64,000 nucleotides of DNA from Tubulanus polymorphus (taxonomy: Eukaryota; Animalia; Nemertea): contig NC_134025.1 in NCBI RefSeq assembly GCF_964204645.1, forward strand, positions 28,066,299 to 28,130,298. The letters run 5' to 3'. The position numbers were made by a program, and so were the translations under genes. Shown here piece after piece: positions 42,693-57,500 of the stretch; position 1 is the first letter of the stretch; every line of letters begins with the position of its first letter. The notes beneath the pieces are model-generated. The model made no database searches, was not told where the DNA came from, and was given only the letters and a program-made list of their open reading frames with translations.

Positions 42693-44411
42693 GCTGCGAA
42701 TTTCACCGCAAAATGAATGGAGGAGATTGGTGATTTTGAACGCGTCGACAGTAGACAGACTATATCAAAATATCTCCTGATCTGTCAACAACAAAAAAAA
42801 CAGTAAATTTTCGTATGAATTTTCACAGGGAATATTTTCATTCTTTCAAACTTCTTCACTTTCAAACGAGATTTTCTATGTTGATTTAACATTCCTTGAT
42901 AACCTTTTCACCATCTGTTAAATTTTCGGAATTCGTACGATATTTGGTGACGGTTTATCGCAATGCTTCTATATAATGGTGCTCAAATTCGATATTCGTA
43001 GTAACTTCATTTTTTCTATACCGGGATTTTGTTTGTTGAGAAAATTTCCTGTGGAAATATATCCGCGACAGAGGACAAGGACCCCCGGGTGGGAGTCTTT
43101 TTAAGTCATATGAAATAGTGTGCATGAATCCGGGTGAGGATGCAATTACAATGTACTACAATACTGATATCGCTAACATATTTTTGTACAAAGATTTTAA
43201 TTGACCGTCATTAACGAAAAAAAAAGGAACCCATTGAGCTTCCTCCACTCAACGTATAAATACAAAATACCCTTTGTTTTGTGTCGCAGTGGGAGGATGT
43301 TAAAATGGTGCTTCTCTTTGTTCAGGCCATCCTGATGTGTCGTGATTGTTGTCTTACTGATGTTTACCGAAGTCTGGGCAAACGTGGCTTCAAGCATTAC
43401 GTAACGGGAGACAATTGTTCTGTAAATATAAATTTTAGTATTAGACCCTTTATAATAACCTCCGTGTAGTTTTGCATCATATATCATGTGTGCACTTCAT
43501 TATAGCGAGGTTAGTTTTCATTTAAAGATAGGTATGTAAAACGTGTTATCTTACAAACTTAGTAACTTTTGGTTGCATATTTCATGAATGCTCTCTATTT
43601 GCTGTGTATGGTATTTGAGACTTGTGTGACTTCAAGGCAATATATCACCTCATTATTATTTCGGGAAAACACAGTTTAAAAGTGACATATCACCAAACGA
43701 TTTCGACTTTTATATTTGCATTCCAGTTTAGGCTCGCCCCACTGTCCTGTCAATGTGTCTATGGCTTGCACGCAATAGTTCATATTCTTAAAACTTTTTA
43801 AGAGATGCAAAAAATCTTGCTATACGTGTTATGATACATTAAACAACAGCTGTACTTTAAGCTTATTGTGAAACTTAAATCGTCTTAAGAAATGACTTAA
43901 TTTAAGTTCAATTTTCTTTTACATCTATCGTGCGGTTATTTGGCCAATTCCATTTTACCACACTGGTACTTCTATTTTTTTCAATCAACCGCTATGATAT
44001 CAGAAATTGCGTTCACTTTGCTCATTTAAAAAAAGATATCTCTTATGTTTTTATGTGAAGAGTCATTTATAGAAAAACGTAATGTAATAAGTTTGGTTCA
44101 TGCCTTTACTTATGACTTATTTCTTAACCTATTATAATGGTTTGTTACTTAATGATATATACAGTATGATGATGATGATGATATTGTTACTTTTATTATA
44201 ACTCTGGTAGAAGCAGCAATCATTTTATAACAATAATGTAATAGCAAAAGCAGTACCGCGCATGTGTGTAATAGGATGCCACACTTTTATACAAATTTTG
44301 TAATTTACTCGTAGTTGTCCTGTGCGTTCATATTATGTTCTACGTATGCTTTTCATTACATGTGACCAGTTTTATTTTAGTAATTGTATATTTTAGAAAT
44401 TATGTGTAAAA

Positions 44412-44417
44412 AATAAA
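44412..44417 (+). terminator. Probable beta-catenin polyadenylation signal (3' UTR about 1.7 kb)
   Basis: AATAAA at the end of a U-rich tract, followed by a GT-rich downstream element (tgtgtttgtagttgttt, about 44445-44461). Confidence 0.55.
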
Positions 44418-45684
44418 GCCATATTGGTACCGTATACTACTGAATGTGTTTGTAGTTGTTTATCGGATAGTGCTGCCACCTGCATTATTTACTACGCGCA
44501 CGTGGCGCGTGAGTGATTGAGTGATGGTCTGTCACGACTGATTGATGGCGCGCTGATTGAAAATACTGAAAATGTGCTACTAGAATTTGTTTTCTGTTCA
44601 GGTAATTTAAGTCACAATGATCGAAGGAAGGCAAGGTTAAGGATGTCATGCTCCTAGATCGATGTCAACCTACTCTCGATTCTGAATCGAGCGAGGAGGC
44701 TGCACGCCACAGCGCGCTGAGCATCTCTCCACTGACTGCACTAACCACCATAGTCAGTAACCTGACTGGTTTAGTTTCACGATCGGATATTTTCACAAAC
44801 CACACGCCCATCCGATTATAAAAAGCTTACCACCAACGATTAGGTAACTAACTATAACCACCATTACTTTTAGTTAACTACTACTACGCACCCTGACTGT
44901 TCTGTATTATGGTTAACTAACCTAATCACAATCCAATCGTTAGTGGCAAAATATTTTTATAATCGCATGCTTCTCTGGTCGAAAATAACCACAGGATACA
45001 AGGTTCTACTTGAGGATAAGGATAGGATACTTCGGTATGTTGCATCAGGCCCCGGTCTTGGAGTTGGAGCCTCTGATGAGAGAGCCCTCGTAATAGGCCA
45101 TCGATCCAATTTGTGTTGCCAGTTTGATATTGATTTCATTTTCTGTATGATTTTTGAATGAAATTTATGATGTTATTCCTTCGTCTCCAAAGAATCGTAC
45201 TACAGAGTGAAGCCTGAGATACAGGCTGCTTTTCGAACCGGGCTTTAGTCATCGCGTCAAAGACTAAAGAGCACTTCTCGGCTCATATATCAGATGTTTT
45301 CATTATTAAGCCAAGTAACAGCTCCCAGCTCTTCATCCCTAGATTATATTAAACTCAAGAAGTCCTCTGCATTCAGTTCAAACATTGATCAGAATTGAAG
45401 TAAGGATGCTAACCACCTCGCTAGCAGTGCAGTCTCAGTCGGTCGTGGGTACAAATCATATTTGTCACTGGAGTCATTGATTCTTAAGACAGTTACAGAT
45501 GAAATCAACTACAGATGATACTGTCAGTTCATCTGTCCAGTGAGAACTTAGTGTCATATGAGCAAGCAACATGTAGCTTACTATCGCATGTAGCTGCGTA
45601 TCGGGTATCAAGAAGAAGCCGTATCAATCACTCCTATTCGAAAATTCGATACATCGGTTTGGAACAAATTCAACGCATTTAAAA

Positions 45685-45795
45685 ATGTCTAAAGAGCATG
45701 AGAAAAGCGTGTCCCAGTCATCAGTTACTCATTGCACTAAGGAATTTATGAAATCAGTGTTAACACCTTTTTGTGGATGTTCCGATAAGCAAGAG
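45685..45795 (+). CDS. Candidate first coding exon of tensin (long, C1-containing isoform)
   Basis: AAAATGT...GAG|gtaagc encodes MSKEHEKSVSQSSVTHCTKEFMKSVLTPFCGCSDKQE. Phase 0, in frame with the exon at 51567. Confidence 0.5.
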
Positions 45796-48700
45796 GTAAG
45801 CGTTGATAAACTCATTTTGATACCTAATGAAAGATTAGTCGATGGTAATGATGTAGAGTAAGGTACTACCTGTAGCTACTAAGCCTGGTATGGAAATCGG
45901 TAGGAGAGGTAGGTGGCTGTCAGTTTAACACTCGGCGAGCGATGCTTGCTAATGGAAATATCTCGTCAATAAATGTCTAGCTTATCTCAAGTGATTTTTG
46001 CTTTCACTACACATTTGACAAAATCAACAAACGACTTCCTTTCTGGCACCGATGTGTATGTCTGGTGAATTGATCATTCTTTTGTATCTTATGAGTAAGA
46101 TGAGTGGATGCAATGATTTCATATGTCATAATGTGATTGAGGCTTGAGAGGTTTATAGTATTCACTCAGTTTCTCAATAACGAAAGTTGATTGAGAGGGT
46201 TATAATAAAACTTCCATCATCATCGATAGATTCATCTCTGTTTTATGTCCAAGAACCCTATACATGTACCGCATTTTGAATGTGGAGTTAGAGTTGTTTA
46301 GAATTAACCAATTTTCACTCAGAACTCGGATTAAGATAAATACCAGCCTATAAAGCCAGGCCCTAGTTGCTGAGTCTGAGCTTGTAGTAATCATTTGACT
46401 ACTTCAAGGTTTGAGATAGGCCTACATATAATGGGCAATATTTAACTGTCCGCAGAGATCACAGCTATTATTTCCATTTTTTCCATTCCAGTAATTACCC
46501 GAGTTAGAATTTCTTAATGAAACGGAACCCAGGTATGATGCCCCACTAATAAGCGTTGTTTTATTTTTGTTGAAAATTGTTCTCAGCTCGAACCAGAACA
46601 ACAGAGTCATTATATTATTTTCTGTATGCGGTAATGGAATAAGGAGTGGCCGAGGATTGGAAATTCGTGCCTTATCGACATCAAGTATAAAAATTCTTGC
46701 TCCAGTTCTATTGATTTTTACTGTTGTTGCGATATCGAAATTTCGTGGCTGGCAAGTGACTTATGTTTAACCGTCGATGTATAATCCTTCGATCATCCCC
46801 ACGTATCACGCATTTACTCAAGTGACAGCTCTGATATACAAAAGACTGCGTGGTGCGTGACTAAATATTCTAACTTAATTTCTTGAATAAAACATGTTAT
46901 CCACCGTATTCAAAGATGCTGCCATTCTGTGCCGATAGATTAACTCGGAGTGACTGGTTTGCGTCATAGAGAATATGAGCGAAATGCAAAGCGATGCTCC
47001 TATAAAATGACTTGGTCAGTTATTTCAAATTGTAAAGACGGTTCTTCATTATATGACCTTCTCAGACCACTACATAATAAGACACTCAATCATCTCAGTT
47101 GCCTGGGACGAGTAGTGTACTGGTTAGTGGCCTGTCTCGTGTATATATTTGGGCCAGATGACTTATTGTCCGAAATGATATCCAAATCGAACAGTCAGAT
47201 TCTGGTGAAGCTGTCTAATTCGCTACACTGGCTACAGCTATACATGGTGCGGTCGTGAAGATTTATGTTGTTCACTGCGCGCCTGTGTTTGTATCTGATC
47301 AAATTGATAGTTTGTAACCATCTCTCTGAGCAATTCTGTTACAGTGGATGCTGTTGATTACGCATTGCTGCGCAGTTAGTATATAACGATATAATCAATG
47401 AGAAACTGATCAGAGAACTAAGAGTTAATCACTGTCCGAGCTTCTCTCACATTTACTGTCAATTCTCACAGCTTTCTGTTTGTATATTCCGGTCGACGAA
47501 TGCTCTTTTTTGGCAAAGACTGAATCGACATTTTTCCATAGATTAGAACGATAAGAGCGTGTATTAATTCCGGCTCGTATCAAATTTTTTCATCACTGCA
47601 GATTTACATGCAGGGATTATTCAAATGAAATTACCCTCACAGCAGTGTTTTAGAATCGTGATTATGTTGTTGGGATTGCCGAGTGTTTTATTATATTTAC
47701 TTATAATCAGTGGAGATATGGATTTTGTGGATCACAGCCGCGGTTTATACTGCTTTTGAATATGAGATTTGATGGGATTTATACCACCAGCGAACGGCTT
47801 ATCCAGCATCTCGTGGGTTCATGTATCGATAAAAATATTTCGATACAAGGACGAATGACTTTTTCATATGAATCATTGAACCCGATTGATTCTCTCATCT
47901 CTAGTCCTGGAACGGTGAGGGTTAATGTAATATTAAGATATTAGATGGATGTGGTGGCAGAATGAAGGAATATTCATTATTGACAATAACCGGGGACCTC
48001 TGGCTCTTGAGTGAATATATCTAATTAGTCGGAGACACTAGACTCGTAAAACAAGTCGTACATAGTGTCACTGTGTCTGCAACATAAACTATCATCTATT
48101 GAAATAATGACTGCATAATCTGAGGAAAATCTTACAATCTGAGCTTAATCATTTGTACTATCTCAGGACTGACTGGCTTTATTCTACCCTAAGCCACACT
48201 TCAATTCTATCAAAATCACCGGAAATAAATTGTGGGCCTTCGATTGTCATAGATTTAACTGGATCTACTGTAATAGTCTCCCGTGTAACTAACCCATTTT
48301 GTATATCGTATTACATAAATTTTTATCGCGGAGGATGGTGTGATAAATATTGATATGATGTGGAGGATTTTTTCAGATGTCTGCAGAATCTCTACTCGCG
48401 TGACACAAGATTTGTGTGTGCAGAATCTCTCGTGGCAAATCTCATGTGGATTGTTTTGGCCCATTTTGCTGGCTAGTTTTATTGATGATATTTGAAATGA
48501 TAAATCACATGAGATTCGTATTCGGTGACTTTATATCGCTCATTCCCGGTTGATTTAAAGCAATTCTCGGTTTCAGTTCGGGGTTATATCGTCTTAATGG
48601 CTCAGACCAGTCCACTCTTTTACAGATTGGATATCATAGCTACTACTTTTCCATAATCACGTGGAAAAATGAATAAACCTTTTTCAAATATTCCTTGTTT

Positions 48701-51566
48701 ATTTCAAGTTTTATTTGTGATACTAATGGCGATGTCCAGGAATGACATTTGACTGATATCAATTCCACAAGTGACATTTGACTAGTGGAATCTTTTATCC
48801 AACTTGTCTAAATTCTGCTAAAAAGACATTATATTTATAAACCATGGATTCTTCAGCTGTATACTTATATCTGCATGCATGAAATCATCGATTTTGGATG
48901 TAGATACGTTTGAAATATTGAACAATAAATCAAAATTGAAAGTGGTATCTGTATTTAGGATGAAACTGATGGAATTTCAATCATCTTTTTAATTGCCAGT
49001 GGCAGGAAGGAGATAACTGGGGTAGGAAGCAAACAATATCATCCAGATTTTTGTGTTACAACTGAATAAAAGACGAGATAGAAATTGAGTTTGAAATTTT
49101 TTTTTTTTGCATTTATAACTGAAGATTGAGCAAGAAGCATTGAATTTGGACTGACTTTTCAATTGATCTACATCTGTATAATGAGTTTCTTAAGTGCAAA
49201 TTTTTGCAGTTCATGGATTATGTAGTTCAAACATATGTAGAAATTCGTTTTTTTTGTGTGACCTGTTGAATGATGCTTGTAGCAGCAGTCTCCATTCAGT
49301 ACGGTATAGCCCAACAGTATTCTGCTTCACAGAATGGTTGAAACGAAACTAACAGAAGTAAGTACTAAATCTAAGAGACAGAATTGAATATTCATTAAAA
49401 TCCTGATCTTCAAATATGATCCTTTGTGATAATGCACACATTACTAGTCAGCTGCTTAGAATATCTCTCACAATCTAGTGTCATCCAGTTCAATCTTGAA
49501 ATGATGAATATCGAATGATTTGTAAATATTATGGTTTCATTTGCATTATGTATTAATCTGTTTAAAGCGTTCGTGCTCATGCTGCGATTTTATACAAGAT
49601 TGTTGACATTTGTCACAAGTTAAAATATTCTTCACAAAAGGTGTTTGTCTTGCCTTTGTGCGCTTGCCAATAAAATGTCCCTCATGTATTATATATGTCA
49701 GTACTGGTTCCCTTCAGTACACAAATAACGCACATGCACATGGTTGACGGTTTACCGTTGATAGTTTTGTTTGCAACGACTAGCTTTGGCTGTAATCGAA
49801 TTTCATTTAATCATTCATCCTGCATTTTGAGTATGGATTAAATAGATTCAAGGTAATTGAAATAAAAGATACTGAATTCCGTGAATTGACACAATTCTTC
49901 ATCCTGATAACAAACTACCTGATTGTAGAATTATCACGCGGAATGTTGAAGTGTATGTTGCAGTCGCCATCTATACTACTGGATGCTAAATATTTATAGC
50001 CCGTTGCGGTATTATATCATATCAATATGAAACAAACAATAACATCAGTGTAATATAGAATCTGTAGTAGATGTTGAAGTCCTCTTCAATGAAATATCTA
50101 TTGTTAGTAGGAAACAGTGAATGTATGCGGTAACAGGAATTATATCAATTCATTGTCCGGATATTGTCAACTTAGATTAACTCATTAAACTAACATTTCA
50201 TCATCGGATTTTCAAATGATGTTGGATATGTTACAGTTATTCTAGCAGTCTGCTGCATGAGTGAGTATTTCTAATGAAATTGTCTCTTGATTCTAAATCT
50301 CAACAACCTCGTTTTATCTTGAAGTGAGATATGACTGTGATGATTTTCAAGGCAATGTCCGAAATAGATCAGATCAACTTCTCATGATTTAACAGATATC
50401 TGTGGATTCATGTTGCGATTACTATATGGTGATGTATGTCATGAGATCCAGTTTGTTCTACTTTTCCTTGTCTAATTACTCATAGCTTTACAACTGAATC
50501 TACTTATTTTGCCTCAAGTCCCGAATATCAATGGATACGATGTGTGTCGGTGATACTTAAAAATTGATTTGTTGACAGAGAAATGAATGAGTCAGATGGT
50601 ACAGATTTTGGTGTCGTATACTTTTTATTTGTCACCAAACGTCCATATGTTCCGTGGCATGAATGGAAGTTGAGGATGCTTCAGATGACTGTTGAAACGT
50701 GATACGAGGCTGATTTTCTTGTCGTTCTAGAATAGAAAAATTATGTTGACTTAGACACGATTTCTAGGAAAGTTTTGGCTCGTTAAAGTAGAGTATGTTT
50801 TCTGTACGTTATGGTAAGTTTCTCTGGGATGTGTAATGATCCGTTTAATGTCTCTCGCTATATTTGCCGAAACAAATTTCTCACAGAAATCATGTGCCTT
50901 GAATGAGTTTAGTACAAGTGTCTGAAGAGAGATGAAAATGTCATTGATAACCGATTAATGCATCAATTCTGTTGATTGTCTGTCTGAATATCTTCTGCTG
51001 CGGTTTCGACTCCCAGTTCTTCACGCGTCAGTGAAGAGCGGCTGTTTTTTCGGGTCTCTTGCGAAAATCGTCTGCCGCAAGAAAGAAGTCTTTAATTCCT
51101 TCAATCGAATTAGTGAAGAAATGGAAGAGTTTAAAATGCGAAGATTTATCAATCTCGACTCGATTTAGTGCAGAATGAATGGTTTAGTCTCCGTATAGTG
51201 GAGTCTGTCACTGCGACTCCCGTTTCATAAGATAAATCACCTTGTTGGATAAAGGTCTCAGTTTTCAGTTGCAGGATTTACTGTCTCGTGGTTCTATCCA
51301 AACATTGCATATGGATTGTATATGTAGCTCGGTTAAAACCACCAGTCCCTTGTCTCCGGAGCCAGTAAGTAACGACTGTCCGGTGTTTTGAATCGTTTTC
51401 CGTCGTCAGGGCTTTATTTCAATTAAAGGTTGTTCTGACATCAACAGGATATTGCGGAGATAAGGTGTTCTTCAATTTATTTTAAATCGTTTAATGGAAG
51501 AAGAAAATGTGCTAGATTTTTTTAATTCATTCGCTATTCAGCATTATTTTTTTGGTGTATTTCCAG

Positions 51567-54500
51567 CCTGAAGACATTGGTAAATGCCATACATTTCATT
51601 TAAGGACGTTTAAGAGATCTAGACCTTGTAACTTATGCGGAAAAACTATCGTAAATCAAGGTGTCACTTGTAGAGGTAAGTAACATAACTACACGGAATT
51701 CATCATTCATTTTCAACTTGATATCATAGTTGTTTTATATTGTATGAAAACATACTTATCCTAGAAATACATTTTTAAAATTCTAATTTTTTTTTCTTCA
51801 ACGCTAGATAAAATTTTTTAGGGTATTTGATTTTCTGTCACCGCGTATCTAGTACGCTGGCGCTCTGGAGTCTATACCTCTCTCATTCTCATTATAACGG
51901 CGCTAAAAACAAGCGCGCGAATAATTATGGATAAAATCGATTGTTGAATTCGTGAAGAGCGCGAATGCTACCGATCGTGCTATCTAAAATTCAAGTCACA
52001 TATCAGTTGAAATATGATGTGAAGTAGGCAGTTGATGAATAGACTCAATTTCAAACCGATATCGTTTTACTATTAACTGCATGTCACATGTGCGTACGTG
52101 TGTGCCAATATTTCCAAATAATTAGCCTATATTCCCGTCGAACTAAAACAACCAAATTATCTACGCCCATTGAAATGAAATGCATGTCTTGACTTTTTGC
52201 CGGTGTCTTGCGTATACAAAAAAAGAATAACTTCTATAGCCTGAATGCCTGACCTTTCCAATTATTCATATTTATGACAGCTTAGGATCATCAGAATAGA
52301 AAAACATTCTAAACATAGCTGTCATTAATCAAATTTCACGTCACAAATCAAATTGATATCGCGTCGAAGCCCCGAGACTGATACGATCTTTCTCTCGAAT
52401 GAAATTCCTCGCTAGTTCTATTAAATCTAATATTACTAAATCCGATTACGAGGTTTTTTTCGGGTCAGTTAAAATCAGATCATAAGTAGATTATATTTGA
52501 CGATATTGATCAGACTTTGATCGAAGTAGATAGCGAAACTGACTGCGCTGATGGAAGTTACAACTTGTTCTTCCGATCTCTATCTTGATTTCCGATAACT
52601 CGTGCGTATCTGTTTTGTATCTTTATTTTGAGCTCGGATAGTCAATATATAATATGGGAATATTTCATGTTTTCGAGTATAAGCTGAAGTATTAGAATTG
52701 ACAGTTTTATGGGCATTTCCTGTCAAAATCAAAATGACAACGTCTTCAATGCTTTTTGCGGCTACGTTAACATAAAACGCACATTACCACTATATATATG
52801 GGATATGAAATGCTTCAAAGACAATATATGGCTGACAATTTTCTGAAATATGTTTTTCCTAGCGTGTCTCGATGGTATATATCATAGTATATTCGTTGTT
52901 TTTCAGTATGCAGATATATGTGTCATCAGGAATGTCAAGGACTGGTAAGTATAGATTTTTGATGTAATCTGCTTTATCGGTTAATTGTCATTCATCCGCG
53001 CTGCTGTATTTCGATCGTTGAAATATACTGATGTTTTTATAGTGATGGGGTATGTATGAGTCTCGGTATTCGTACGGTTAGCTATTAAACTGGGAAAACT
53101 GTAGTCAGAGCTTAGGTTACTATCCCGAGATTCTAGTTTCAAGACAGTCACGACTTCAGAGGTTCAGTATAAAGTATTAGTGGAAATAGTTTGATAATGT
53201 CAGGCGATATAACACTGTGTCAACCACCAGAGTCTGATGAGAGATGTGGTATTCCCAGGTTATGTTTCCAGACTATTGCTGTTATATGACAAGTTACAGA
53301 TTTATGCGTATAATCTGTCTTAGTGCTTTGATCACTCGGTCAATGTTTGTAATCTCTTGATATCTCCGAAGCTTTCTTGTTTATAGAGAACTTCACATTT
53401 TGTAATTGGACAACTTTTTAGTGCATTATGATAATTCATCTGCCGTATCTAATGTTTGTACATTCGTTGTTGATAATATATGGGATCAGGATGAGCTAGG
53501 AATCACATTTTTGGCATTATCGAGGTATTTAGATCAATTTTGTCTTAGAATCGCTTCAACAACTTAAGCGAATGTCCAGAAGATGGCGAGTCAGATTCAG
53601 AGTAATTACATGATACGTGTCCGGGTTGATTCAATCGGGTTATTACTTCAAATTCCACATATGCAGACCTGAGTATAACTACTATTTGATAGTAGTTTTT
53701 ACTCTTTAAGACATCCCAAGTACTCAAAATATCAAATTACTCTAATATTTAATACGCTTCTATTTTTTATGTCAAATTACTCTGAATATCGGGTACTCCG
53801 ATCTGCGCGACTATCTTTGAAAGTCAGACGGCTTCCTTACATAATTCAATGCTACGCCTACGTAATATTGAACCAAAACTAATATTGGCACATACCATAT
53901 TTATTATACAGTTTTGTTTTATGGCAATTATTTTATGATGTGTGTGGGCTATATCTTCAGTACTCCAGCTGGTCAGTAGTTACACCTCAGTGAGATTTAC
54001 TTAACATGTTGCCCTGAGGATAACCACCTCACCGCTGGTTAACTATATAATCATGTTCTCGAAACTCTCATTTCTCATTCTGCGATCAAAGTTCATCAGT
54101 GTAAAACTGAGAAAATTGAGAAATGCTTAAATTCGTAAGGAAACCACCAAAATACGTAAGTTCTCAGATTCTACTTTTCAGATATTTTTTTGTGTCACAC
54201 TAGTCCATCGATCCGACTCTTCCTACTCTCACATTAGATACAATAGAAGCATATGTCCAATGGGTACAATAATAACAGTGTGTAAAGTCATACCAGTGTC
54301 AAATAGAAGGGGCGACTTCCATGTGATTCATCTCAATTGACATTTTGTTGACTTCATGGAGTCTTTGACGTCGCTGTGTGTCATTTCTGAAGATGAACTT
54401 GACCCGATCACAGAGAGAACGCACTGGGGGCGGAAATTGAAAATCGCAATGATATCTTCGCATTCACGGCTAGAAATGAAGATATTCAGTTACAATGCCA

Positions 54501-57500
54501 CTTCAGGGTCGTAGAAATCAGAGCCGTTCTTTTATTGCTAAATGAAAGAAATCCAAACACTGGTCGCAAGAACTTTCCGTAGCTTATCTCTAGACACTAG
54601 TGACACGCGGTGTTAAGAATATACACTAAAGCTACATCTGTGAATGTTTTTGCAAGTTCTTTTGTCTGCAAGAGAAAAAACCCATAAGTGTCTGACATGA
54701 GTGGATGGTTGGGTATAGGGATGTGTGAATATTGTGAAGTATGATGTTGAAAGGCAGACAAATCAAAAATCATTTATGGCCCTGGTGTAGAAGCGTCAAA
54801 ATAATGATGACACATCTACTGAGAAATTAATTCAGTAATCTATTAAAGTGTGAAATTGACTTCATTAAAATTTTTTCAGTACGTTACTTCTTACATTAAA
54901 TGCTTCGTTCTTGTTGCATCAGTGTACACCTTCCCCTGACTGTTACTATCTCCGGAACGCTGTATACTGATCATCGTTAACATAGCCATATAAAGCTATC
55001 TGTTCTAAAATTAGCTCATCTTCCTATCGTCGGATTTTAAGTTTTTCAATCGAAAGAAAACTTAGATTTGATTCGTCTGTATTCTGTCTTGTTCAGGTGT
55101 CCAGTTTATTAGATACTGAGAATATTTAGTAAAATGCAGATGATTTTCAGTAAAGTATTTCCATCTCATTTCTTCTGAATGTTTACAGATGGCTGGTTCA
55201 GCTTGCAATCTGGTGTTTGCTCTGCAAACCACCAACTACCAGTCACGTTTTATGAGGGAGGGGGGCTCCCTTTCTGTTTAAGCACTGCTGATAGCATACT
55301 TCATAAAATACTAACCTGATTATTGATATTCAATTATAAAGCGAATGTTATCAGATCTGTGGTTCATTTGGTAGGTTTTGTGTTTTCAAAATCTCGATGT
55401 TGTTTTCATTTCTATTATCAAACCCCTGAAATTCATTTATTCTGGAAGTGCGATCCATTTTATAAGGTATTTTTCTGGTATCAGCTGGGCGAAATCTTGT
55501 TTTGCGAGGTAGTAATGCAGAACTGAGTTGCCGTGTGAGTTTTACCCGTAACAACAGATGATATCCGTATTACTGAAACTGGTTAATTATCAGAAAATCT
55601 ACTCTGCTCTTATTGCAGATATTTCAGCTCTTCCAGGATCTATTCTCTCTGTACACAATTACTCAGCTTACTGTTCATAGAAGTACTTTTGATAAATATA
55701 GAGAAGAGTCATTCATTATCTTATCAATTCATTAAAGATAAAAACATCATCAGATGACACGTATATTTGTAGTTGATTATTACGATTAAACTTGATCTAA
55801 AGAATGCTTGTTTCTGCTAAAGGCTAAAGGCTTTAGTGCCCCTGTTGTCAGGGTGATTTCTGATGTAATGTCTTAAAGGCTTATAAAACTACATCGAGAC
55901 CAATCACCAATCACTTTGTGGACATTTGAAGACCTTGATGTGTCTATTTACGTATGCAAAGTGAATGATCAAGTCATTTAAGTTAAACTGTACGGAACTT
56001 GTGAGCCATTTACCGATAGTAATCAGGGAACGTATTTGTCATTAGCGCGATGTTTCAGAGATATGACCACTCCTATACCTTATATTACTCAGTCGGCAGT
56101 TCTTCTTATCAAATGTACATAATAATTAATTTTTCACCAGTTCCGATTGTTTCTCAGCAGCAAGAAGTTTGATAGACTCTCGATATACCAGTCAGTAAAG
56201 AGCCGACTAGGTTTCTGATATTTTTAGCCACTAATTGTATCAATCTAAAGTTGTTTCCGCTCACCACCTACATGTTTGATCAGTAAGTGGGATGGTGATG
56301 GAATGAGTATAAAGATTCGTATTGGTCTTGTACTTGCATTCCGATCATCCGCAGTCTGGCTCAATAGCAATTTTTGACCGGACTGATGATAAATTATCAC
56401 CATCAGCGATACTGTTTTTAATACATTAAACATTAAAAGATGTTTTACACTCTTTGTCATGGATGAACTTGTCTTTTCGGGTTGTATAAATATAGATGTT
56501 ACACCTGTGCTAATTCTTACCAGGCAATCCATTAGGAATCTTGTTGATTATTACGTCTACTTGTGAGAGGCCGGTGTGAGAAATGTAAATATAAAACCCT
56601 CTGGAGAGAGTAAGTCAAATGTCTTAATAGCAGAAACCCCTGCTGTAAGGATCTCGGGGAGATTCATGGTTTTTATTAGAAACCAGGAGCACAAAATCTG
56701 GATCTTGTTTAGCTTAGAAAAATAATGTTCCACTCATGTTACATCATGATTTTCATTGTAATAAAATGATATCTTTAAAATATTCTACATGTCTTGGTTT
56801 CTCGCTGTTCTGAGAGGATATGAATTTTTTTTTTGCTATGAAAACACACCTTGCGCCAAGTTGTATTACATACCAACACAGTATTCTAGGTATTCGTGTA
56901 GTTTCTGAAAGCAATTAGAACGGCTTTAGATGCAGTTTTGTTGGCGCCGATGTTCGGGGTAAGTTTGAATATTTAAACAGTCGATGTTCGTGAAATAGGA
57001 TTGCTTTTGTTTTCTGGTATTTTTTACGCTCAAACTGTTGACATTTTCGATGCGAAATGATTTGCTTACATCGCGCACAGAACGTGAGAACGTCAGCAAA
57101 GCCTCATTATCAGCAATTATGACAAAATTACAAGAGGCTAATATGAAAATTGCTGTAATTCTCTTCGTTGAGTCGCTTTATCTGATAGACAAAAGTTGAC
57201 CACTAAATACTTGATGAATGATTGTGATGTTGATGTATTCCCCTTCTCGACTGGCGCTCCTGTGTTATCCTGTGACTGCTGCGATCAATTGTTAATGGAA
57301 ATTTTACTATTGTGGTCACGTTACTGCGGAAGAATCGCTGATTGTATATCTAATGTACTGACGGAACAGTTCATTTACAACATATATTGACTTCAATCAC
57401 TCTGAGTTACGTATTTGGAATATCTGCTTTTTGCTATGGCCTGTAAGATACTTTATTGCATGGTACTTTGACAGAGATAGGTTTTTAATGTCCCGACTGT

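Noticed and set aside
56930-56958. Possible further tensin first exon (MQFCWRRCS.. or MFG|gtaagt)
   Set aside because: The Cys-containing frame is phase 2 and cannot join exon 61188; the 3-codon alternative is too weak to support.
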